Shown here: one piece after another, positions 37,624 through 49,287 of the stretch | Layout of the letters: every line of letters starts with the position of its first letter | Position numbering within the stretch: the first letter of the stretch is position 1 | Assembly: GCF_009914755.1 (NCBI RefSeq) | Contig: NC_060943.1 | Length of the DNA stretch: 64,000 nucleotides | DNA from: the human T2T-CHM13v2.0 reference genome, Homo sapiens | Reading direction: 5' to 3' (one strand) | Translations under genes and position numbers: made by a program | Notes under the pieces: generated by a model | The model's input: the letters and a program-made list of their open reading frames with translations, nothing else | The model's database searches: none | Told to the model about the DNA's origin: nothing

Positions 37624-40600
37624 TCCTTGTGTTGTGTGTATTCAACTCACAGAGTTGAACGATCCTTTACACAGAGCAGACTTGAAACACTCTTTTTGTG
37701 GAATTTGCAAGTGGAGATTTCAGCCGCTTTGAGTTCAATGGTAGAATAGGAAATATCTTCCTATAGAAACTAGACAGAATGATTCTCAGAAACTCCTTTG
37801 TGATGTGTGCGTTCAACTCACAGAGTTCAACCTTTCTTTTCATAGAGCAGTTGGGAAACACTCTGTTTGTAAAGTCTGCAAGTGGATATTCAGACTTCTT
37901 TGAGGCCTTCGTTGGAAGCGGGATTTCTTCATGTTCTAGACAGAAGAATTCTCAGAAACTTCCTTGTGTTGTGTGTTTTCAACTCACAGAGTTGAACGAT
38001 CCTTTACACAGAGCAGACTTGAAACACTCCTTTTGTGGAATTTGCAAGTGGAGATTTCAGCCGCTTTGAGTTCAATGGTAGAATAGGAAATATCTTCCTA
38101 TAGAAAGTAGACAGAATGATTCTCAGAAACTCCTTTGTGATGTGTGCGTTCAACTCACAGAGTTTAACCTTTCTTTTCATAGAGCAGTTAGGAAACACTC
38201 TGTTTGTAAAGTCTGCAAGTGAATATTCAGACCTCCTTGAGGCCTTCGTTGGAAACAGGATTTCTTCATATTCTGCTAGACAGAAGAATTCTCAGTAACT
38301 TCCTTGTGTTGTGTGTATTCAACTCACAGAGTTGAACGATCCTTTACACAGAGCAGACTTGAAACACTCCTTTTGTGGAATTTGCAAGTGGAGATTTCAG
38401 CCGCTTTGAGGTCAATGGTAGAATAGGAAATATCTTCCTATAGAAACTAGACAGAATGATTCTCAGAAACTCCTTTGTGATGTGTGCGTTCAACTCACAG
38501 AGTTTAACCTTTCTTTTCATAGAGCAGTTGGGAAACACTCTGTTTGTAAAGTCTGCAAGTGGATATTCAGACTTCTTTGAGGCCTTCGTTGGAAGCGGGA
38601 TTTCTTCATATTCTGCTAGACAGAAGAATTCTCAGTAACTGCCTTGTGTTGTGTGTATTCAACTCACAGAGTTGAACGATCCTTTACACAGAGCAGACTT
38701 GAAACACTCTTTTTGTGGAATTTGCAAGTGGAGATTTCAGCCGCTTTGAGGTCAATGGTAGAATAGGAAATATCTTCCTATAGAAACTAGACAGAATGAT
38801 TCTCAGAAACTTCTTTGTGATGTGTGCGTTCATCTCACACAGTTTAACCTTTCTTTTCATAGAGCAGTTAGGAAACACTCTGTTTGTAAAGTCTGCAAGT
38901 GGATATTCAGACCTCCTTGAGGCCTTCGTTGGAAACGGGATTTCTTCATATTATGCTAGACAGAAGAATTCTCAGTAACTTCCTTGTGTTGTGTGTATTC
39001 AACTCACAGAGTTGAACGATCCTTTACACAGAGCAGACTTGAAACACTCTTTTTGTGGAATTTGCAAGTGGATATTTCAGCCGCTTTGAGTTCAATGGTA
39101 GAATAGGAAATATCTTCCTATAGAAACTAGACAGAATGATTCTCAGAAACTCCTTTGTGATGTGTGCGTTCAACTCACAGAGTTCAACCTTTCTTTTCAT
39201 AGAGCAGTTGGGAAACACTCTGTTTGTAAAGTCTGCAAGTGGATATTCAGACTTCTTTGAGGCCTTCGTTGGAAGCGGGATTTCTTCATGTTCTGCTAGA
39301 CAGAAGAATTCTCAGAAACTTCCTTGTGTTGTGTGTTTTCAACTCACAGAGTTGAACGATCCTTTACACAGAGCAGACTTGAAACACTCCTTTTGTGGAA
39401 TTTGCAAGTGGAGATTTCAGCCGCTTTGAGGTCAATGGTAGAATAGGAAATATCTTCCTATAGAAACTAGACAGAATGATTCTGAGAAATCCTTTGTGAT
39501 GTGTGCGTTCAACTCACAGAGTTTAACCTTTCTTTTCATAGAGCAGTTAGGAAACACTCTGTTTTTAAAGTCTTCAAGTGGATATTCAGACCTCCTTGAG
39601 GCCTTCGTTGGAAACGGGATTTCTTCATATTATGCTAGACAGAGGAATTCTCAGGAACTTCCTTGTGTTGTGTGTATTCAACTCACAGAGTTGAACGATC
39701 CTTTACACAGAGCAGACTTGAAACACTCTTTTTGTGGAATTTGCAAGTGGAGATTTCAGCCGCTTTGAGTTCAATGGTAGAATAGGAAATATCTTCCTAT
39801 AGAAAGTACACAGAATGATTCTCAGAAACTGCTTTGTGATGTGTGCGTTCAACTCACAGAGTTCAACCTTTCTTTTCATAGAGCAGTTGGGAAACACTCT
39901 GTTTGTAAAGTCTGCAAGTGGATATTCAGACTTCTTTGAGGCCTTCGTTGGAAGCGGGATTTCTTCATGTTCTGCTAGACAGAAGAATTCTCAGAAACTT
40001 CCTTGTGTTGTGTGTTTTCAACTCACAGAGTTGAACGATCCTTTACACAGAGCAGACTTGAAACACTCTTTTTGTGGAATTTGCAAGTGGAGATTTCAGC
40101 CGCTTTGAGTTCAATGGTAGAATAGGAAATATCTTCCTATAGAAACTAGACAGAATGATTCTCAGAAACTCCTTTGTGATGTGTGCGTTCAACTCACAGA
40201 GTTTAACCTTTCTTTTCATAGAGCAGTTAGGAAACACTCTGTTTGTAAAGTCTGCAAGTGGATATTCAGACCTCCTTGAGGCCTTCGTTGGAAACAGGAT
40301 TTCTTCATATTCTGCTAGACAGAAGAATTCTCAGTAACTTCCTTGTGTTGTGTGTATTCAACTCACAGAGTTGAACGATCCTTTACACAGAGCAGACTTG
40401 AAACACTCTTTTTGTGGAATTTGCAAGTGGAGATTTCAGCCGCTTTGAGGTCAATGGTAGAATAGGAAATATCTTCCTATAGAAACTAGACAGAATGATT
40501 CTCAGAAACTCCTTTGTGATGTGTGCGTTCAACTCACAGAGTTCAACCTTTCTTTTCATAGAGCAGTTGGGAAACACTCTGTTTGTAAAGTCTGCAAGTG

Positions 40601-43600
40601 GATATTCAGACTTCTTTGAGGCCTTCGTTGGAAGCGGGATTTCTTCATATTCTGCTAGACAGAAGAATTCTCAGTAACTGCCTTGTGTTGTGTGTATTCA
40701 ACTCACAGAGTTGAACGATCCTTTACACAGAGCAGACTTGAAACACTCTTTTTGTGGAATTTGCAAGTGGAGATTTCAGCCGCTTTGAGGTCAATGGTAG
40801 AATAGGAAATATCTTCCTATAGAAACTAGACAGAATGATTCTCAGAAACTCCTTTGTGATGTGTGCGTTCAACTCACAGAGTTCAACCTTTCTTTTCATA
40901 GAGCAGTTGGGAAACACTCTGTTTGTAAAGTCTGCAAGTGGATATTCAGACTTCTTTGAGGCCTTCGTTGGAAGCGGGATTTCTTCATATTCTGCTAGAC
41001 AGAAGAATTCTCAGTAACTTCCTTGTGTTGTGTGTATTCAACTCACAGAGTTGAACGATCCTTTACACAGAGCAGACTTGAAACACTCTTTTTGTGGAAT
41101 TTGCAAGTGGAGATTTCAGCCGCTTTGAGTTCAATGGTAGAATAGGAAATATCTTCCTATAGAAACTAGACAGAATGATTCTCAGAAACTCCTTTGTGAT
41201 GTGTGCGTTCAACTCACAGAGTTCAACCTTTCTTTTCATAGAGCAGTTGGGAAACACTCTGTTTGTAAAGTCTGCAAGTGGATATTCAGACTTCTTTGAG
41301 GCCTTCGTTGGAAGCGGGATTTCTTCATGTTCTAGACAGAAGAATTCTCAGAAACTTCCTTGTGTTGTGTGTTTTCAACTCACAGAGTTGAACGATCCTT
41401 TACACAGAGCAGACTTGAAACACTCCTTTTGTGGAATTTGCAAGTGGAGATTTCAGCCGCTTTGAGTTCAATGGTAGAATAGGAAATATCTTCCTATAGA
41501 AAGTAGACAGAATGATTCTCAGAAACTCCTTTGTGATGTGTGCGTTCAACTCACAGAGTTTAACCTTTCTTTTCATAGAGCAGTTAGGAAACACTCTGTT
41601 TGTAAAGTCTGCAAGTGGATATTCAGACCTCCTTGAGGCCTTCGTTGGAAACAGGATTTCTTCATATTCTGCTAGACAGAAGAATTCTCAGTAACTTCCT
41701 TGTGTTGTGTGTATTCAACTCACAGAGTTGAACGATCCTTTACACAGAGCAGACTTGAAACACTCTTTTTGTGGAATTTGCAAGTGGATATTTCAGCCGC
41801 TTTGAGTTCAATGGTAGAATAGGAAATATCTTCCTATAGAAACTAGACAGAATGATTCTCAGAAACTCCTTTGTGATGTGTGCGTTCAACTCACAGAGTT
41901 CAACCTTTCTTTTCATAGAGCAGTTGGGAAACACTCTGTTTGTAAAGTCTGCAAGTGGATATTCAGACTTCTTTGAGGCCTTCGTTGGAAGCGGGATTTC
42001 TTCATGTTCTGCTAGACAGAAGAATTCTCAGAAACTTCCTTGTGTTGTGTGTTTTCAACTCACAGAGTTGAACGATCCTTTACACAGAGCAGACTTGAAA
42101 CACTCCTTTTGTGGAATTTGCAAGTGGAGATTTCAGCCACTTTGAGGTCAATGGTAGAATAGGAAATATCTTCCTATAGAAAGTAGACAGAATGATTCTC
42201 AGAAACTCCTTTGTGATGTGTGCGTTCAACTCACAGAGTTTAACCTTTCTTTTCATAGAGCAGTTAGGAAACACTCTGTTTGTAAAGTCTGCAAGTGGAT
42301 ATTCAGACCTCCTTGAGGCCTTCGTTGGAAGCGGGATTTCTTCATGTTCAGCTAGACAGAAGAATTCTCAGAAACTTCCTTGTGTTGTGTGTTTTCAACT
42401 CACAGAGTTGAACGATCGTTTACACAGAGCAGACTTGAAACACTCCTTTTGTGGAATTTGCAAGTGGAGATTTCAGCCGCTTTGAGGTCAATGGTAGAAT
42501 AGGAAATATCTTCCTATAGAAACTAGACAGAATGATTCTCAGAAACTCCTTTGTGATGTGTGCGTTCAACTCACAGAGTTTAACCTTTCTTTTCATAGAG
42601 CAGTTAGGAAACACTCTGTTTGTAAAGTCTGCAAGTGGATATTCAGACATCCTTGAGGCTTTCGTTGGAAACGGGATTTCTTCATATTCTGCTAGAAAGA
42701 AGAATTCTCAGTAACTTCCTTGTGTTGTGTGTATTCAACTCACAGAGTTGAACGATCCTTTACACAGAGCAGACTTGAAACACTCTTTTTGTGGAAATTG
42801 CAAGTGGAGATTTCAGCCGCTTTGAGTTCAATGGTAGAATAGGAAATATCTTCCTATAGAAACTAGACAGAATGATTCTCAGAAACTCCTTTGTGATGTG
42901 TGCGTTCAACTCACAGAGTTTAACCTTTCTTTTCATAGAGCAGTTGGGAAACACTCTGTTTGTAAAGTCTGCAAGTGGATATTCAGACATCCTTGAGGCT
43001 TTCGTTGGAAACGGGATTTCTTCATATTCTGCTAGAAAGAAGAATTCTCAGTAACTTCCTTGTGTTGTGTGTATTCAACTCACAGAGTTGAACGATCCTT
43101 TACACAGAGCAGACTTGAAACACTCTTTTTGTGGAATTTGCAAGTGGAGATTTCAGCCGCTTTGAGGTCAATGGTAGAATAGGAAATATCTTCCTATAGA
43201 AACTAGACAGAATGATTCTCAGAAACTCCTTTGTGATGTGTGCGTTCAACTCACAGAGTTCAACCTTTCTTTTAATAGAGCAGTTGGGAAACACTCTGTT
43301 TGTAAAGTCTGCAAGTGGATATTCAGACTTCTTTGAGGCCTTCGTTGGAAGCGGGATTTCTTCATATTCTGCTAGACAGAAGAATTCTCAGTAACCTCCT
43401 TGTGTTGTGTGTATTCAACTCACAGAGTTGAACGACCCTTTACACAGAGCAGACTTGAAACACTCTTTTTGTGGAATTTGCAAGTGGAGATTTCAGCCGC
43501 TTTGAGGTCAATGGTAGAATAGGAAATATCTTCCTATAGAAACTAGACAGAATGATTCTCAGAAACTCCTTTGTGATGTGTGCGTTCAACTCACAGAGTT

Positions 43601-46600
43601 TAACCTTTCTTTTCATAGAGCAGTTAGGAAACACTCTGTTTGTAAAGTCTGCAAGTGGATATTCAGACATCCTTGAGGCTTTCGTTGGAAACGGGATTTC
43701 TTCATATTCTGCTAGAAAGAAGAATTCTCAGTAACTTCCTTGTGTTGTGTGTATTCAACTCACAGAGTTGAACGATCCTTTACACAGAGCAGACTTGAAA
43801 CACTCTTTTTGTGGAATTTGCAAGTGGAGATTTCAGCCGCTTTGAGGTCAATGGTAGAATAGGAAATATCTTCCTATAGAAACTAGACAGAATGATTCTC
43901 AGAAACTCCTTTGTGATGTGTGCGTTCAACTCACAGAGTTCAACCTTTCTTTTCATAGAGCAGTTGGGAAACACTCTGTTTGTAAAGTCTGCAAGTGGAT
44001 ATTCAGACATCCTTGAGGCTTTCGTTGGAAACGGGATTTCTTCATATTCTGCTAGAAAGAAGAATTCTCAGTAACTTCCTTGTGTTGTGTGTTTTCAACT
44101 CACAGAGTTGCACGATCCTTTACACAGAGCAGACTTGAAACACTCCTTTTGTAGAATTTGCAAGTGGAGATTTCAGCCGCTTTGAGGTCAATGGTAGAAT
44201 AGGAAATATCTTCCTATAGAAAGTAGACAGAATGATTCTCAGAAACTCCTTTGTGATGTGTGCGTTCAACTCACAGAGTTTAACCTTTCTTTTCATAGAG
44301 CAGTTATGAAACACTCTGTTTGTAAAGTCTGCAAGTGGATATTCAGACCTCCTTGAGGCCTTCGTTGGAAACGGGATTTCTTCATATTATGCTAGACAGA
44401 AGAATTCTCAGTAACTTCCTTGTGTTGTGTGTATTCAACTCACAGAGTTGAACGATCCTTTACACAGAGCAGACTTGAAACACTCTTTTTGTGGAATTTG
44501 CAAGTGGAGATTTCAGCCGCTTTGAGGTCAATGGTAGAATAGGAAATATCTTCCTATAGAAACTAGACAGAATGATTCTCAGAAACTCCTTTGTGATGTG
44601 TGCGTTCAACTCACAGAGTTCAACCTTTCTTTTAATAGAGCAGTTGGGAAACACTCTGTTTGTAAAGTCTGCAAGTGGATATTCAGACTTCTTTGAGGCC
44701 TTCGTTGGAAGCGGGATTTCTTCATATTCTGCTAGACAGAAGAATTCTCAGTAACTTCCTTGTGTTGTGTGTATTCAACTCACAGAGTTGAACGATCCTT
44801 TACACAGAGCAGACTTGAAACACTCTTTTTGTGGAATTTGCAAGTGGAGATTTCAGCCGCTTTGAGGTCAATGGTAGAATAGGAAATATCTTCCTATAGA
44901 AACTAGACAGAATGATTCTCAGAAACTCCTTTGTGATGTGTGCGTTCAACTCACAGAGTTTAACCTTTCTTTTCATAGAGCAGTTAGGAAACACTCTGTT
45001 TGTAAAGTCTGCAAGTGGATATTCAGACATCCTTGAGGCTTTCGTTGGAAACGGGATTTCTTCATATTCTGCTAGAAAGAAGAATTCTCAGTAACTTCCT
45101 TGTGTTGTGTGTATTCAACTCACAGAGTTGAACGATCCTTTACACAGAGCAGACTTGAAACACTCTTTTTGTGGAATTTGCAAGTGGAGATTTCAGCCGC
45201 TTTGAGGTCAATGGTAGAATAGGAAATATCTTCCTATAGAAACTAGACAGAATGATTCTCAGAAACTCCTTTGTGATGTGTGCGTTCAACTCACAGAGTT
45301 TAACCTTTCTTTTCATAGAGCAGTTGGGAAACACTCTGTTTGTAAAGTCTGCAAGTGGATATTCAGACATCCTTGAGGCTTTCGTTGGAAACGGGATTTC
45401 TTCATATTCTGGTAGAAAGAAGAATTCTCAGTAACTTCCTTGTGTTGTGTGTATTCAACTCACAGAGTTGAACGATCCTTTACACAGAGCAGACTTGAAA
45501 CACTCTTTTTGCGGAATTTGAAAGTGGAGATTTCAGCCGCTTTGAGGTCAATGGTAGAATAGGAAATATCTTCCTATAGAAACTAGACAGAATGATTCTC
45601 AGAAACTTCTTTGTGATGTGTGCGTTCAACTCACACAGTTTAACCTTTCTTTTCATAGAGCAGTTAGGAAACACTCTGTTTGTAAAGTCTGCAAGTGGAT
45701 ATTCAGACCTCCTTGAGGCCTTCGTTGGAAACGGGATTTCTTCATATTATGCTAGACAGAAGAATTCTCAGTAACTTCCTTGTGTTGTGTGTATTCAACT
45801 CACAGAGTTGAACGATCCTTTACACAGAGCAGACTTGAAACACTCTTTTTGTGGAATTTGCAAGTGGATATTTCAGCCGCTTTGAGTTCAATGGTAGAAT
45901 AGGAAATATCTTCCTATAGAAACTAGACAGAATGATTCTCAGAAACTCCTTTGTGATGTGTGCGTTCAACTCACAGAGTTCAACCTTTCTTTTCATAGAG
46001 CAGTTGGGAAACACTCTGTTTGTAAAGTCTGCAAGTGGATATTCAGACTTCTTTGAGGCCTTCTTTGGAAGCGGGATTTCTTCATGTTCTGCTAGACAGA
46101 AGAATTCTCAGAAACTTCCTTGTGTTGTGTGTTTTCAACTCACAGAGTTGAACGATCCTTTACACAGAGCAGACTTGAAACACTCCTTTTGTGGAATTTG
46201 CAAGTGGTGATTTCAGCCGCTTTGAGGTCAATGGTAGAATAGGAAATATCTTCCTATAGAAAGTAGACAGAATGATTCTCAGAAACTCCTTTGTGATGTG
46301 TGCGTTCAACTCACAGAGTTTAACCTTTCTTTTCATAGAGCAGTTAGGAAACACTCTGTTTGTAAAGTCTGCAAGTGGATATTCAGACCTCCTTGAGGCC
46401 TTCGTTGGAAGCGGGATTTCTTCATGTTCAGCTAGACAGAAGAATTCTCAGAAACTTCCTTGTGTTGTGTGTTTTCAACTCACAGAGTTGAACGATCCTT
46501 TACACAGAGCAGACTTGAAACACTCCTTTTGTGGAATTTGCAAGTGGAGATTTCAGCCGCTTTGAGGTCAATGGTAGAATAGGAAATATCTTCCTATAGA

Positions 46601-49287
46601 AACTAGACAGAATGATTCTCAGAAACTCCTTTGTGATGTGTGCGTTCAACTCACAGAGTTTAACCTTTCTTTTCATAGAGCAGTTAGGAAACACTCTGTT
46701 TGTAAAGTCTGCAAGTGGATATTCAGACATCCTTGAGGCTTTCGTTGGAAACGGGATTTCTTCATATTCTGCTAGAAAGAAGAATTCTCAGTAACTTCCT
46801 TGTGTTGTGTGTATTCAACTCACAGAGTTGAACGATCCTTTACACAGAGTAGACTTGAAACACTCTTTTTGTGGAATTTGCAAGTGGATATATCAGCCGC
46901 TTTGAGTTCTATGGTAGAATAGGAAATATCTTCCTATAGAAACTAGACAGAATGATTCTCAGAAACTCCTTTGTGATGTGTGCGTTCAACTCACAGAGTT
47001 CAACCTTTCTTTTCATAGAGCAGTTGGGAAACACTCTGTTTGTAAAGTCTGCAAGTGGATATTCAGACTTCTTTGAGGCCTTCTTTGGAAGCGGGATTTC
47101 TTCATGTTCTGCTAGACAGAAGAATTCTCAGAAACTTCCTTGTGTTGTGTGTTTTCAACTCACAGAGTTGAACGATCCTTTACACAGAGCAGACTTGAAA
47201 CACTCGTTTTGTGGAATTTGCAAGTGGAGATTACAGCCGCTTTGAGGTCAATGGGAGAATAGGAAATATCTTCCTATAGAAAGTAGACAGAATGATTCTC
47301 AGAAACTCCTTTGTGATGTGTGCGTTCAACTCACAGAGTTTAACCTTTCTTTTCATAGAGCAGTTAGGAAACACTCTGTTTGTAAAGTCTGCAAGTGGAT
47401 ATTCAGACATCCTTGAGGCTTTCGTTGGAAACGGGATTTCTTCATATTCTGCAAGAAAGAAGAATTCTCAGTAACTTCCTTGTGTTGTGTGTATTCAACT
47501 CACAGAGTTGAACGATCCTTTACACAGAGCAGACTTGAAACACTCTTTTTGTGGAATTTGCAAGTGGAGATTTCAGCCGCTTTGAGGTCAATGGTAGAAT
47601 AGGAAATATCTTCCTATAGAAACTAGACAGAATGATTCTCAGAAACTGCTTTGTGATGTGTGCGTTCAACTCACAGAGTTTAACCTTTCTTTTCATAGAG
47701 CAGTTGGGAAACACTCTGTTTGTAAAGTCTGCATGTGGATATTCAGACATCCTTGAGGCTTTCGTTGGAAACGGGATTTCTTCATATTCTGCTAGAAAGA
47801 AGAATTCTCAGTAACTTCCTTGTGTTGTGTGTTTTCAACTCACAGAGTTGAACGATCCTTTACACAGAGCAGACTTGAAACACTCCTTTTGTGGAATTTG
47901 CAAGTGGAGATTTCAGCCGCTTTGAGGTCAATGGTAGAATAGGAAATATCTTCCTATAGAAAGTAGACAGAATGATTCTCAGAAACTCCTTTGTGATGTG
48001 TGCGTTCAACTCACAGAGTTTAACCTTTCTTTTCATAGAGCAGTTACGAAACACTCTGTTTGTAAAGTCTGCAAGTGGATATTCAGACCTCCTTGAGGCC
48101 TTCGTTGGAAACGGGATTTCTTCATATTATGCTAGACAGAAGAATTCTCAGTAACTTCCTTGTGTTGTGTGTATTCAACTCACAGAGTTGAACGATCCTT
48201 TACACAGAGCAGACTTGAAACACTCTTTTTGTGGAATTTGCAAGTGGAGATTTCAGCCGCTTTGAGTTCAATGGTAGAATAGGAAATATCTTCCTATAGA
48301 AACTAGACAGAATGATTCTCAGAAACTCCTTTGTGATGTGTGCGTTCAACTCACAGAGTTTAACCTTTCTTTTCATAGAGCAGTTGGGAAACACTCTGTT
48401 TGTAAAGTCTGCAAGTGGATATTCAGACTTCTTTGAGGCCTTCGTTGGAAGCGGGATTTCTTCATATTCTGCTAGACAGAAGAATTCTCAGTAACTTCCT
48501 TGTGTTGTGTGTATTCAACTCACAGAGTTGAACGATCCTTTACACAGAGCAGACTTGAAACACTCTTTTTGTGGAATTTGCAAGTGGAGATTTCAGCCGC
48601 TTTGAGGTCAATGGTAGAATAGGAAATATCTTCCTATAGAAACTAGACAGAATGATTCTCAGAAACTCCTTTGTGATGTGTGCGTTCAACTCACAGAGTT
48701 TAACCTTTCTTTTCATAGAGCAGTTAGGAAACACTCTGTTTGTAAAGTCTGCAAGTGGATATTCAGACATCCTTGAGGCTTTCGTTGGAAACGGGATTTC
48801 TTCATATTCTGCTAGAAAGAAGAATTCTCAGTAACTTCCTTGTGTTGTGTGTATTCAACTCACAGAGTTGAACGATCCTTTACACAGAGCAGACTTGAAA
48901 CACTCTTTTTGTGGAATTTGCAAGTGGAGATTTCAGCCGCTTTGAGGTCAATGGTAGAATAGGAAATATCTTCCTATAGAAACTAGACAGAATGATTCTC
49001 AGAAACTCCTTTGTGATGTGTGCGTTCAACTCACAGAGTTTAACCTTTCTTTTCATAGAGCAGTTGGGAAACACTCTGTTTGTAAAGTCTGCAAGTGGAT
49101 ATTCAGACATCCTTGAGGCTTTCGTTGGAAACGGGATTTCTTCATATTCTGCTAGAAAGAAGAATTCTCAGTAACTTCCTTGTGTTGTGTGTATTCAACT
49201 CACAGAGTTGAACGATCCTTTACACAGAGCAGACTTGAAACACTCTTTTTGTGGAATTTGCAAGTGGAGATTTCAGCCGCTTTGAGT

